DNA of 64,000 nucleotides, from the NCBI GenBank assembly GCA_963775425.1, contig CAVZJB010000004.1, positions 604,677-668,676 of the forward strand, written 5' to 3'. Below are positions 27,227-38,022 of the stretch, piece after piece. The translations under genes were made by a program, and so were the position numbers. The stretch comes from an uncultured delta proteobacterium (GTDB lineage Bacteria > Myxococcota > UBA727 > VGSZ01). The notes under the pieces are model-generated. The model was not told where the DNA came from. It searched no databases and worked only from the letters and a program-made list of their open reading frames with translations. Each line of letters begins with the position of its first letter. Position 1 is the stretch's first letter.

Positions 27227-29500
27227 TCAGACCTGCGAGCGGCGCCGCAGCACGAGCGCCTCGACGAGCACCAGGGCCACCGCGCCGCACAGGAGCCAGG
27301 GCCACAGGGGGACGTCGCCGTCGTTGGGCTCCGACGTGCGCGTCACCGCGCCCTGCGGCGCCGACTGCGCGAGCAGCTCGGGGGGCGCGCGCTCGAGGTT
27401 GGACTCGGCGGGATCGATGAGCACCGTGAAGCGCTCCTCTGCGCGCTCGCGCGCGTCGCCGCCGGGCGCGCGGGTGAAGACGCGATACAGGCCCGGCAGA
27501 TCGGTGTCCTTGAACACGACGTCGAGGGCGTCGGCGGACACCGCGATCTTCTTCCGGTCGCCGCGCGGCGGCTCCACCTCGACGGTCTCGGTGCCGCGGG
27601 CCACGCGGATCCTGCGGGCGTCGCCGACGTGCAGGATGCGCGGGCCGCCCTGGTCGAGGCCGCCGCCGAGGTAGAGGACGATCTGGCGCATCAAGGGCAA
27701 AAAGCCCGGGCGGATGGCGAGGTCGCTCCAGTCGCGGTCCACGGTGGTGGCGAGCAGCATCACGCGCCCGTCGCCGATGCTGCGCTCGACGAGCGCGGGG
27801 GCGTCGTTGGAGAAGCGCATCACCACTTCGCGCGTGGCGTCGCTCGAGGGCTCGAGCAACATGAACGTGTTGGTGCGCACCCGCGACAGGCCCGTGAGCT
27901 CGTCGCCGGCGGCGAGGCCGCGCAGCACCGGGTGCTCGGCGCGGAAGCGCGTGAACGAGAGCACCTCGGCGACGCTGGCGTCGTCGAGGAGCGCCTGGCC
28001 CTTGGAGCCGCGCAGCGGCGACGGCAGCACGTCCTTGAGGGCGCGGTCGTACCAGTCGACGTCGACCTGATCGCCCATGGAGAGGAAGAGGCCGCCGCCC
28101 GCCTTCACGTGCTCCACCAGCGCCTTGGCGACGGCGTCGTCGAGGTGGGCCACGTTGGCGAGGACCACCACGCGGGCGCCCGCGACCTCGACGGGCGTGA
28201 CGTTGTCCGCGCCGACGACGTCGACGGCGATGCGGCCGTGGCCCCCGTGCGCCTCGCGCAGCGCGCTCTCGAGATAGAAGACCTCGTCGCGAAACGGCAC
28301 CGGCTGCGGCGCGCCGTCGACGAGCAGCACCGACATGGGCGCGGGCAGGTCGAAGGGCAGCCGCACCTCGTTGTCGACGGCGAGCGCGTCGTCCCCGAGG
28401 AGGATGGCCATCGGCTCGTCCCCCGACAGCGCCCCCACGGTGTCGCCGGGCGCGGGCTCGCCGGGCGCCGCGCTCGCCGACGACGCGCCCGCGCCGGTCG
28501 ACGACGCCGGTGCCGGCGGCGCCGGCGGAGCAGACCCCTGTGCCGGCGCGTCGGCGACGGGGCGCGCCTGGATGATGACGGGCGGCAGGAGCGCGTGGTG
28601 GAAGCTGCGCGTGACGCTCTTGCCGCCTTCGAGCGGCAGCGACAGGCGCGCGGCGCGGCGGCTGCCGACGACGAGGTCGACGGGGACCTCGACCGCCGGA
28701 CCGAGGAACTGCTCCGCGGTGAACTTCACCTCCAGCGCGTCGCCGCTCCGGCCGGTGGTGCGCTCGACGTCGACGGCGGTGACGGCGTGGTTGGGCGGCG
28801 GCTCGCCGGTGGCGGCGGCGGTCCACTCGACGACGACGCCGGTGCCGTCGACGCGCGGCGCGCTTGTGTCGGAGAAGCCCGTGGCGGCGAGATCGGACAG
28901 CACCACCACGCGACGCTCGCCCGTGCCCTCGACGGTGCGCGCGAGGCTCGTGGCGCGGGCGGCGCACGCCACCAGGTCCGCGCGGCGGTAGCCGGCGTGC
29001 AGCGCCTCGAGCGCATCGACGACGGGAGCGCGATCGAACGTGGGCGGCACCAGATCGCGCGGGACGTCGTCGCACACGACGGCGCCGACGCGCACGTCGG
29101 TGGGCTCGGAGCGCACGGCGTCGAGGGCCTTGCTCCGCGCGCGGGCGAACATGCTCTTGCCGTCGACCACCGCGTTCATCGACGCGCTGACGTCGACGGC
29201 GACCACCACCACGAGCGGCGCCCCCGTCACCCGCGGCGCCACGCTCTTTCGGAGCACCGGCCGCGCGAGCGCGAGCGCGACGCACGCGAGGATGAGCGTG
29301 CGCACGAGCAGCAGCAGTAATTGGCGCAGCCGGATGGAGCGGGCGGTGCGCTTCTGGCTGCGCAGCAGCAGCTCGAGGGGGCCGAACTTCACGCGCCGCG
29401 CGCGCCGCTTGCTGATGAGGTGGATGAGCGTGGGGACTGCGAGGGCGGCCAGGCCCCACAAAAGCGCGGTGTCGAGGAAGACGAGGCCCCCCGGGCTCAC
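27227..29500 (-). CDS. BatA-domain / vWA / GATase-like membrane protein
   Basis: LAVPTLIHL..RR..VKF, LLLLVRTL..LALARP, MIDAS DVSASM, VLLVDG, WSDL, C-terminal TM LWPWLL. Confidence 0.88.
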   Translation of the reverse strand: MSPGGLVFLDTALLWGLAALAVPTLIHLISKRRARRVKFGPLELLLRSQKRTARSIRLRQLLLLLVRTLILACVALALARPVLRKSVAPRVTGAPLVVVVAVDVSASMNAVVDGKSMFARARSKALDAVRSEPTDVRVGAVVCDDVPRDLVPPTFDRAPVVDALEALHAGYRRADLVACAARATSLARTVEGTGERRVVVLSDLAATGFSDTSAPRVDGTGVVVEWTAAATGEPPPNHAVTAVDVERTTGRSGDALEVKFTAEQFLGPAVEVPVDLVVGSRRAARLSLPLEGGKSVTRSFHHALLPPVIIQARPVADAPAQGSAPPAPPAPASSTGAGASSASAAPGEPAPGDTVGALSGDEPMAILLGDDALAVDNEVRLPFDLPAPMSVLLVDGAPQPVPFRDEVFYLESALREAHGGHGRIAVDVVGADNVTPVEVAGARVVVLANVAHLDDAVAKALVEHVKAGGGLFLSMGDQVDVDWYDRALKDVLPSPLRGSKGQALLDDASVAEVLSFTRFRAEHPVLRGLAAGDELTGLSRVRTNTFMLLEPSSDATREVVMRFSNDAPALVERSIGDGRVMLLATTVDRDWSDLAIRPGFLPLMRQIVLYLGGGLDQGGPRILHVGDARRIRVARGTETVEVEPPRGDRKKIAVSADALDVVFKDTDLPGLYRVFTRAPGGDARERAEERFTVLIDPAESNLERAPPELLAQSAPQGAVTRTSEPNDGDVPLWPWLLCGAVALVLVEALVLRRRSQV

Positions 29501-30465
29501 GACAGCGCCTCGCTGAGCGTGACGACGGGGGAGACGTCGGTGGGCGCGAGGTGCCAGCGCAGATCGAGGCGGCTGGCCTCGCCCTGCACGGCGTCGAGGA
29601 ACTTCTTGAGCTCTTCGAGGTACGCCTCGCGCACGAGCGGCGCGTCGACCTGCACCTCGCGGTCACCCTCGAGGTCCTCGAAGCGCACGACGCCGTCGAA
29701 CGGCAGCTCGAGCTCGTCGCGGTCGAGCGTCTGCAGCACGACGACGTCGCTGCCGCGGCGGCGCATGACGCCGAGCGGGGCGAGCGCCTCCGGGCCGGTG
29801 TCGATGAGATCGCTGATGACGACGACGAGCGCGCGGCGCACCAGCCGCTCGCCCACGCGCTCGAGGGTCTCTCGCAAAGACGTGCGCCCGTCCGCGCGCG
29901 CGGCCTCGAGCGTGGCCATGACGCCGCCGATGTGGTCGCGGCGCGCGCGCGCCGGGAGGAACGCGGTCTCCTCGCCGGCGAACAGCGAGACGCTCGGCGC
30001 GTCCCCGCGCTCGACGGCGATGTACGCGAGCGCCGCCGCGAGCGTGCGCGCGGCCTCGAGCTTCTCGACGGAGAACGCCCCGCGCGCGCCGCCCGCGTAG
30101 GCCATGGAGCCGGAGGTGTCGACGACGAGCGCGAGCTCGAGGTTGGTCTCGTCCTCGTAGCGGCGCACGAAGTAGCGGTCCACGCGCGCGTAGGCCTTCC
30201 AGTCGAGGCGGCGCAGGTCGTCGCCGGGCGTGTAGAGCTTGTGCTCGGCGAATTCGGACGACGACCCGAAGCGCCGCGAGCGATGGAGCCCCGCGAGCAC
30301 GCCCTCGGCGACGACGCGCGCGCGCAGCTCGAGGGGCGCGATGCCGTACAGCGTCGCCGCCGGCAGGAGCTCGGCGGCGCGCTCCGCCCCCGCCTCGGCC
30401 GGAGCGGCGGCGCGCGACGACGTCACCGCGACGCCCCGAGCGCGGTGCCGGCCTCGGCGGGACAC
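29497..30465 (-). CDS. DUF58 family protein (start uncertain)
   Basis: GLHRS..FGSSSEFAEHKLYTPGDDLRRLDWK, VDTSGSM, VVISD. Confidence 0.92.
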   Translation of the reverse strand: MSRRGRHRARGVAVTSSRAAAPAEAGAERAAELLPAATLYGIAPLELRARVVAEGVLAGLHRSRRFGSSSEFAEHKLYTPGDDLRRLDWKAYARVDRYFVRRYEDETNLELALVVDTSGSMAYAGGARGAFSVEKLEAARTLAAALAYIAVERGDAPSVSLFAGEETAFLPARARRDHIGGVMATLEAARADGRTSLRETLERVGERLVRRALVVVISDLIDTGPEALAPLGVMRRRGSDVVVLQTLDRDELELPFDGVVRFEDLEGDREVQVDAPLVREAYLEELKKFLDAVQGEASRLDLRWHLAPTDVSPVVTLSEALS

Positions 30466-30532
30466 GCGCCCGCCGGTCGAGGGCGCGCGCGGGGTCGTGG
30501 GGCGCGCCCCTGCGGCGCACGCGGGCGCGTCG

Positions 30533-31594
<1,062 letters not shown>

Positions 31595-31737
31595 CGGGGA
31601 CACGTTAACGGTTGAAAGCCCTGGCTACCATGTTCGGGGCCGATGTACGACGAAGAGAGGGGTCCTCTCACCGTAGATCGGTGGATGGGGACCGCCACCC
31701 GGATCCGCAACACTCCCTGTGTCGGAGGATGGCACCC

Positions 31738-33381
31738 ATGACGTTCCGCCTCGCTGCTCTCTTCGCCTTGATCCTGCCCTGTGCTCTCGTCGCGGTCTCC
31801 TGCGAGGGGTGCAACCCACAAGACCCAGGCGTGGTGAAGAAGGCCGCCGGACAAGGCTGCGCCGCCGCCGCCGAGTGCAACAGCGGGCTCGCTTGCGAGG
31901 TGCTGAACGGCACCCAGCAGTGCCTCGACCCGAACGACGTCGACGGCGACGGCGTCGCAAACGCCATCGACCCCGACATCGACGGCGACGGCACGCCCAA
32001 CGAGTTCGACGACGACGTCGACGGCGACGGCATCTCGGGCACGAACCCCGACGGCACCCCGGTGGACCCCACGCCGTACGGCGACAACAACAACGACCCC
32101 TCCACGTGCGTCGGCAACTTCGGTGACTGCGACAACGACGGCATCCCGAACGGCGCCGACTTCGACGACAACAACGACGGCGTGCCCGACGGCGTCGTCG
32201 GCCCCGGCTCCTGCGACGGCGGCCAGACCACGGTGACCGACGAGAGCGCCGACTGCGACGGCTACTGCCTCACCGTGGAGGGCGGCTACCAGCCCTGCAA
32301 CGACGGCGCGCCCCCCGGCTCCGGCGTGCCCGACAGCGACGGCGACGGCATCCCCGACCCGCTCGACCCCAATCCCCTGGGCGAGGGCGACCAGCCGCCG
32401 CTCGTGCCCGGCGAAGGGGAAGGCGAAGGCGAGGGCGAGGGCGAGGGCGACGTGCCGCAGAACTGCAACACCATCACCTTCAACCCCGGTGACGACGTGC
32501 TCGACCCGCGCATCATGCTCGTGGTCGACAAGTCCGGCTCCATGGGCGACCTCGACAACAGCGGCCAACAGAAGTGGGACGCGGCGCGCCAGGCCATCGA
32601 GACCGTGTCGACCAACCTCGAGGGCAGCGTGGACCTCGGCATGATGCTGTACCCGAACGGCAACGGGAACAGCGGCCAGTGCAACGAGGGCAACGTGCGC
32701 GTCGACGTCGGGCCCAACCACGCGCAGCAGATCACCAACGTCCTCGAGGGCACCGACCCCGCCGGTGGCACGCCCACGGCGGTGACGCTCATCGACGCCA
32801 AGAACGCGCTGAGCGGGCTCCCCGCGGACGGCGGCCCCCGGGCGGTGGTGCTCGCGACCGACGGCGGCCCCAACTGCAACGACTCGCTCAACGGCGACAC
32901 CTGCCGCTGCGTCGGCGGCGCGGGCAACTGCTCGGGCGGCGGCCAGGCCAACTGCCTCGACGACGTCAACACCATCAACGCCGCGCAGCAGCTCAACGCA
33001 GCCGGCTTCCCGGTGTTCGTCATCGGCGAGGTCGGCTCGGAGAACTTCACCGACGTGCTGAACTCTCTGGCCACCGCCGGCGGCACCGCGCAGTCGGGCG
33101 CCATCAAGTTCTACGCGGCCAACGACACCAACGACCTCGCCGCGGACCTCGAGGACATCGCCATCCGCGTCGGCGCCTGCCGCATCGACCTCCCGTCGGC
33201 GGTCACGGCCGGCCAGCTCACCGTGACGGTGAACGGAACGGACATCGCTCAGGATCCCACCCGCACCAACGGCTGGGACCTCACGGACCCTGACACCGTC
33301 GAGCTCTTCGGTCAGCCCTGCAGCGACACCGTGAGCGGCGGCGCGCAGGCCACGGTGTCCGTGCAGGTCTGCGACGGCTGA
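31738..33381 (+). CDS. Exported vWA-domain protein (CglB-like) with DxDxDG Ca-binding repeats and GE linker
   Basis: Signal ending AVSCEGC; TSP3-like DVDGDG repeats; VDKSGSM, GGTPT, LATDGGPNC. Alternative start at 31729. Confidence 0.85.
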   Translation: MTFRLAALFALILPCALVAVSCEGCNPQDPGVVKKAAGQGCAAAAECNSGLACEVLNGTQQCLDPNDVDGDGVANAIDPDIDGDGTPNEFDDDVDGDGISGTNPDGTPVDPTPYGDNNNDPSTCVGNFGDCDNDGIPNGADFDDNNDGVPDGVVGPGSCDGGQTTVTDESADCDGYCLTVEGGYQPCNDGAPPGSGVPDSDGDGIPDPLDPNPLGEGDQPPLVPGEGEGEGEGEGEGDVPQNCNTITFNPGDDVLDPRIMLVVDKSGSMGDLDNSGQQKWDAARQAIETVSTNLEGSVDLGMMLYPNGNGNSGQCNEGNVRVDVGPNHAQQITNVLEGTDPAGGTPTAVTLIDAKNALSGLPADGGPRAVVLATDGGPNCNDSLNGDTCRCVGGAGNCSGGGQANCLDDVNTINAAQQLNAAGFPVFVIGEVGSENFTDVLNSLATAGGTAQSGAIKFYAANDTNDLAADLEDIAIRVGACRIDLPSAVTAGQLTVTVNGTDIAQDPTRTNGWDLTDPDTVELFGQPCSDTVSGGAQATVSVQVCDG

Positions 33382-33389
33382 GCCGCTTG

Positions 33390-34016
33390 ATGCGCGCGCT
33401 CGCCTCGTGCGTCGTCTGTGCCGGCCTCGCGCTCGCGTCGAGCGGTGCGCGCGCGCAGTCGATGGTGGGGGCGCTCGGCGACCCGAACAAGTGCGTCGTC
33501 GTCATCGAGGAGATGGGCAAGGTGGGCTTCCGCATCAGCGACGCCCAGATCGTCGCCGAGGCGGTGATGACCAGCATGCGCAAGCGCGTCGGCTTTGACG
33601 GCGTGGCCTACGCGGGCGTGGCGTCGTCGGCGAAGGCGATGAAGCGGCTCCTGGCCACGCCGGAGGGCGCGGGCCCGCAGGAGGCGCAGCTCGCCTACTA
33701 CAAGGCCTGTGAGCAGAAGGCGCCGTGGCGGGTGAAGGCGCGCTTCGGCGTGAAGCACCACAAGCAATGGATCACGGTGGCGTGCCACAAGGTGGACGGC
33801 GCCGACGTCGAGGAGAAGCGCTTCGAGGCAAAGACCTTCCTCGAGGCGCGCGACGCGCTCGCCGCCGCGATGCCCGCCTTCTGCCCGGCGATCACGCCGC
33901 CGGTGGTGGGCCCGTCGGACATCCCCAACGAGGCCGCGGCCGCGAAGGACGCCACGCCGATCGGGGTTCGCAAGAAGGAAGCGCCCAAGGCCTGGACGCC
34001 CCCGCCCCGCCGCTGA
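33390..34016 (+). CDS. Hypothetical exported protein
   Basis: Signal peptide ending ARA; coding-type codon bias. Confidence 0.7.
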   Translation: MRALASCVVCAGLALASSGARAQSMVGALGDPNKCVVVIEEMGKVGFRISDAQIVAEAVMTSMRKRVGFDGVAYAGVASSAKAMKRLLATPEGAGPQEAQLAYYKACEQKAPWRVKARFGVKHHKQWITVACHKVDGADVEEKRFEAKTFLEARDALAAAMPAFCPAITPPVVGPSDIPNEAAAAKDATPIGVRKKEAPKAWTPPPRR

Positions 34017-34017
34017 A

Positions 34018-34325
34018 AGGCTGACGAAAGATATGGCTCGTAGCAGCACTCGGCGAAGCCGCCCACAAGGTGGCTCGCCGCGCGGAGTACGTGGCGAGGC
34101 ACGTCGGCGCGCAAGAACCGCTGCAGGTTGTGAGGAAACGGCGGGTCCGAGCGGTGTTGTGATCCACCGCCGGAGCGGAAAGGAGCGGAGAGCTCGGCGC
34201 CCCGGCGCTCAACTCGGCGCGCGTCTTCGTCGCCGAGCTCGGAGCTCCTTCCGCTCCGCCGTGTGGCCGTAGCACCGGCCCCTTCCGGGTGGCTCGGATC
34301 GATGGATCACGTTACCCGTCAGCCT
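34018..34325. mobile_element. 308-bp MITE-like non-autonomous element
   Basis: TIRs AGGCTGACG/CGTCAGCCT; near-identical to the two ends of 6271-7178 joined at GATCC/ACCGCC; CTGA at 34013-34016 and 34326-34329. Confidence 0.82.
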
Positions 34326-34369
34326 CTGATGAGCTCAGCGGCGTTACGACATTCACGGCGGGACGCCGC

Positions 34370-36532
34370 TCAGGGCGTGGCGCCGATGCGCGCGATGACG
34401 TTGCGCTTGCGATCGAGCACCGCCACGGCACCCTTCTCCCGATCGCGCACCACGAGCCACGCGTCGCCGCGCGTCGCGGCCGCCGCGTGCTTCTCGAAGA
34501 ACGCGGCGAGCTTGCCGTCGCGGTCGCCGCTCTGCTCGACGACGGCCTCGTACAAGCGCGCGCAGGCCTCGACCGTCTCGAGGGGCTCCCCGCCGGCGGG
34601 CGCGCGCATGGCGCCGATCCACGTCGAGCGGTGCAGGCCCAGGCGCACCGCCCAGAAGCCGTAGGTCCACTCGCGCAGCCGCGTCACCGCCCAGTCGATC
34701 TCGGCCTGCGCCGCGCCCTTGCTCACCGCGCACGTCACCTCGTTGGTGCCGAGCGTCACCCGCACGACGACCACGCCGCGGTCGGGGTGACACTCGAAGG
34801 CGAGCGCGCGCCCGGCGACGATGTCGTCCTCGAGACCGCGCAGCGCCATTGCGGGATCAGCGACCGGAGGGAGCGGCCGCGCAGGATCAGCGACCGGCGG
34901 GACCGCAGGATCAGCGACCGGAGGGAGCGGCCGCGGAGTCGCCAGGCGCAGACGCAGCCGCCGGAACGCGTCGCTGTCCTCCACGAGGCGGACGTTCGCG
35001 AAGCGCGGCGGGGGGATCGCGGGCTCCACGCGCCACGGCCGCACCAGGACCGGGGCGTCGTCGTCAGGGTCGGGGATGACGGCGCCGCGGCGGAGGCGCG
35101 AGCCGCGCCACGTCGTGAGATCGAGGCCGCGCGTGTCGCCGAGGACGTGGCCGGCGGCGTCGACGGCGGTGACGGTCTTGTCGTCGCCGCCCTCGAGGAC
35201 GTAGAGGCCGCCGAGGCCGCGAACCGCCGCCGACGTCATCGTCACGAACCAGTCGCGCACCGCGGGCGCGGGCGTGAGCGCGCAAAACGCCTCGACGACG
35301 GCGCGCACGTTCTTGAGCGGCCGCGTCCCGGGCGCCGGCGCCAGCGCCAGCGGCCACGTCAACGCGTCGGGGTCGAAGGCGCTCGACCACAGGCCCATGC
35401 CCCACGCGCCGAGCACGCGCGCGCCCCAGTCGGCGGCGATGGAGGGGCGGTTCATCGGGCCGCGCGCCTGGACGACGCGGCCCGAGGGGTCCACCTGGAT
35501 GGTGCCGTGCGTGCCGCCCTGCTCGGCGTGGAAGATGAACGCCTCGCCGCGCGCGCACCGGCCGGCGAGCGAGAGCACGCAGTGGTGCATGGCGTCGCTC
35601 TCGGCGCGCAAGGCGTCGACGTCGGCGATGAGGCGCAGGCCGGGCACGTCCGGCGGCGGGAAGGGCGGCGCCGGGAAGCGCTGCCCCGGGCGCACCGTGA
35701 GCTGCTCGCGGAGGCGGGCGACGGCGGAGCGCGCGAGCTGCAGGAGCGTGGTGCTCTCGGGATCGCCCTCGGCGAGCCGGCGCGCGAGGGCGCGAGGCTC
35801 GTCGTCGCCGAGGGCGGCGGCGAGCTCGTCGTCGCCGGCGCGCTCGACGACGGCGATGATCGCGTCGAGGCCGTCGGCGGGCGGGAGCGCGCCGAGCCAA
35901 CCGAGCACCTCGAGGAGCTCGCGGCGCGCGCGCGGGCGCCCGAGCGGGACGCGCCGCAGGCCCCAGAGCGCGGCGGCGGGGAGGGTCTCGCCGAAGTCGT
36001 TGAGCGCGCTGTTGAGGGCGCGCCTGGACTTGCCCGAAGGCGAGAAGAGATCGCGCCACTTTCCGAGGCGCTCGACGACGGCGGCGGCGGCCTCGGGCGT
36101 GTCCTCGTCGATGAGATCGTCCTCGGCGTTGGCGACGGCGACGCGGCAGGCGCGGAAGCGCAGCGCGTCCTGCCAGACGAAGCGCGCCTCGAGGAACGGC
36201 GCGGCGTACAAAAGCGGCGTCGACGAGACCGCTGCGACGGCGGCCTCGAGCGACGGGTCGCGGAGCCCGCGCTGCGCGGCGCGCTCGGCGAGAGACTCCT
36301 CGACGGCGCGCGCCGCGGGCGAAAGGTCGTAGCGCATGGGCGGGACGTCGAGCTCCTCGAGGACGAAGCCCATGGCGCTGATGAGCCCGCTGCGGAGCGC
36401 GCCGAGCGCGAGCGTCTCGCCCCGGTGGCTCTCGAGGCGCACGTCGTGGGCGCGCGTGTCGACCCGCACGAAGCGCTCCCCGCGCACGAAGTCGACCCCG
36501 TGCGGCGCCAATCGGATCTTCACCTTCTCCAC
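34370..36532 (-). CDS. PcfJ-like domain protein with internal duplication (start uncertain)
   Basis: LRAESDAMHHCV...IFH..GTIQV..VVQARGPMN fits the PcfJ pattern; GTG 36532 chosen as start. Confidence 0.7.
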   Translation of the reverse strand: MEKVKIRLAPHGVDFVRGERFVRVDTRAHDVRLESHRGETLALGALRSGLISAMGFVLEELDVPPMRYDLSPAARAVEESLAERAAQRGLRDPSLEAAVAAVSSTPLLYAAPFLEARFVWQDALRFRACRVAVANAEDDLIDEDTPEAAAAVVERLGKWRDLFSPSGKSRRALNSALNDFGETLPAAALWGLRRVPLGRPRARRELLEVLGWLGALPPADGLDAIIAVVERAGDDELAAALGDDEPRALARRLAEGDPESTTLLQLARSAVARLREQLTVRPGQRFPAPPFPPPDVPGLRLIADVDALRAESDAMHHCVLSLAGRCARGEAFIFHAEQGGTHGTIQVDPSGRVVQARGPMNRPSIAADWGARVLGAWGMGLWSSAFDPDALTWPLALAPAPGTRPLKNVRAVVEAFCALTPAPAVRDWFVTMTSAAVRGLGGLYVLEGGDDKTVTAVDAAGHVLGDTRGLDLTTWRGSRLRRGAVIPDPDDDAPVLVRPWRVEPAIPPPRFANVRLVEDSDAFRRLRLRLATPRPLPPVADPAVPPVADPARPLPPVADPAMALRGLEDDIVAGRALAFECHPDRGVVVVRVTLGTNEVTCAVSKGAAQAEIDWAVTRLREWTYGFWAVRLGLHRSTWIGAMRAPAGGEPLETVEACARLYEAVVEQSGDRDGKLAAFFEKHAAAATRGDAWLVVRDREKGAVAVLDRKRNVIARIGATP
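34851..34934. repeat. In-frame tandem repeat encoding (RPL)PPVADPA x3
   Basis: ggatcagcgaccgg occurs three times; same unit as 7853-7885. Confidence 0.85.
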
Positions 36533-36697
36533 GACGTCGATGCTATCGCCGCCGCCGCCGAGGGGCCGCGCCCCGGCACGATCTGACCGGCCTCGCCCGG
36601 CTCGGCGGGCTTCGAGGCCCTTCGCTGCTTCGCGGACGCGCCGCCACGTCGTGCGGCGGCGAACGCGACGGGGCGCACACCGTCGGCTCTTGGGCCG

Positions 36698-37963
36698 ATG
36701 ACTTTCGCGGCGACTGGGCCATGCTCCGCGGCCGTGACCCGCCCAGGTGCTCCGCTGTTCGCGCTCGCCCTCGCCGCAGGGGCGGCTCCCTTGGTCGCCG
36801 CGTGCGCCGCGAGCCCGGGCGCCGTCATCGCCGGCGAAGGCGAAGGCGAAGGCGACGCCGGCGAAGGCGAAGGCGACGCAGCCGAAGGCGAAGGCGAAGG
36901 CGACGCAGGCGAGGGCGAAGGCGACGCAGGCGAGGGCGAAGGCGACGCAGGCGAAGGCGAAGGCGAGGGCGAGGGCGAAGGCGACGCCGCCGGGACCTTC
37001 GACGCGCCCATCGTCATCGGCGCCTTCCCCTTCCACGACGCCCGCGACACCACGAGCGCGGCCTCGAGCGACGTCGACAGCTACGCCTGCGCCCCGGACA
37101 CCGACGAGAGCGGCCCCGAATTCGTCTATACGTTCACCGTCACCGAGCGCGGCTCGCTCGCCGCCCACGTCGTCGACGACGCGCAAAACGGCGTCGACGT
37201 CGACGTCCACCTCCTCGACGGCCCCACCGGCGACGCCTGCCTCGCCCGCGCCAACAACGACCTCGACGCCGTCCTCGACCCCGGCAGCTATTTCCTCGTC
37301 GTCGACACCTACTTCGCCGGCGGCGCCCCCCAGGCGGGCCCGTACGTGCTCGACGTCGACTACCACGCGTTCGCCACCGGCAACTGCGCCACCGTCGACC
37401 GCGAGGTGCGCATGTTCTGGTCGTCGTGCGACCCGGGCATCGCCAACTGCGTCGAGCACGACGGCGGCGTCTTCCTGCGCACCCCCGCGCAGGGCCCCGT
37501 CGTCGAGGAGGCGCACCTGGCCACCGTCGACGACGGCTTCGGCAGCGGCTGGCCCACGAGCTTCACCGACGGCATCCAGAGCCACTACGCGCTCTCGCAG
37601 GCCGCCACCGGCTTCGACATGCAGCGCGATCAGCCGTGGGCCCCGGCGGGCGAGGGCGGCAGCGCCTTCGGCGAGGGCGCCACCGGCCACAAGCTGCCCG
37701 TCCTCGACGAGGCCTGGTACATCAACATGTACTGGCGCGACCGCCCGACGGGCGGCACCCGGATGATCGTCAGGAACCCCGCGAACGGCCGGGCGGTGGT
37801 CGCCAGCGCCGGCTGGGAGACGGGCCCCGGCGCCAACGACGCCGTCGCCGGCGTCACCGAGGAGGTCCACCACTGGCTCGGCACGGGCCACCGGGACGTC
37901 CTCGAGATCGGCTTCGCCGTCGACGACACGCTGCCGCTCGGCCCCATCGAGTGCACGCCGTGA
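36698..37963 (+). CDS. Lipoprotein with (GE)n linker, PPC-like domain and possible double-psi-barrel-like C-terminus (start may be 36733)
   Basis: LVAAC lipobox; ESGPEFVYTF..DVDVHLL..PGSYFLVVD; TRMIVRNPANGRAVV..ETGP. Confidence 0.75.
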   Translation: MTFAATGPCSAAVTRPGAPLFALALAAGAAPLVAACAASPGAVIAGEGEGEGDAGEGEGDAAEGEGEGDAGEGEGDAGEGEGDAGEGEGEGEGEGDAAGTFDAPIVIGAFPFHDARDTTSAASSDVDSYACAPDTDESGPEFVYTFTVTERGSLAAHVVDDAQNGVDVDVHLLDGPTGDACLARANNDLDAVLDPGSYFLVVDTYFAGGAPQAGPYVLDVDYHAFATGNCATVDREVRMFWSSCDPGIANCVEHDGGVFLRTPAQGPVVEEAHLATVDDGFGSGWPTSFTDGIQSHYALSQAATGFDMQRDQPWAPAGEGGSAFGEGATGHKLPVLDEAWYINMYWRDRPTGGTRMIVRNPANGRAVVASAGWETGPGANDAVAGVTEEVHHWLGTGHRDVLEIGFAVDDTLPLGPIECTP

Positions 37964-38022
37964 GTGGGCGCCGAACGCCGGAATCGCGCACGAGCGCGGC
38001 GATGATGTAGCCTGCCGCCGGA

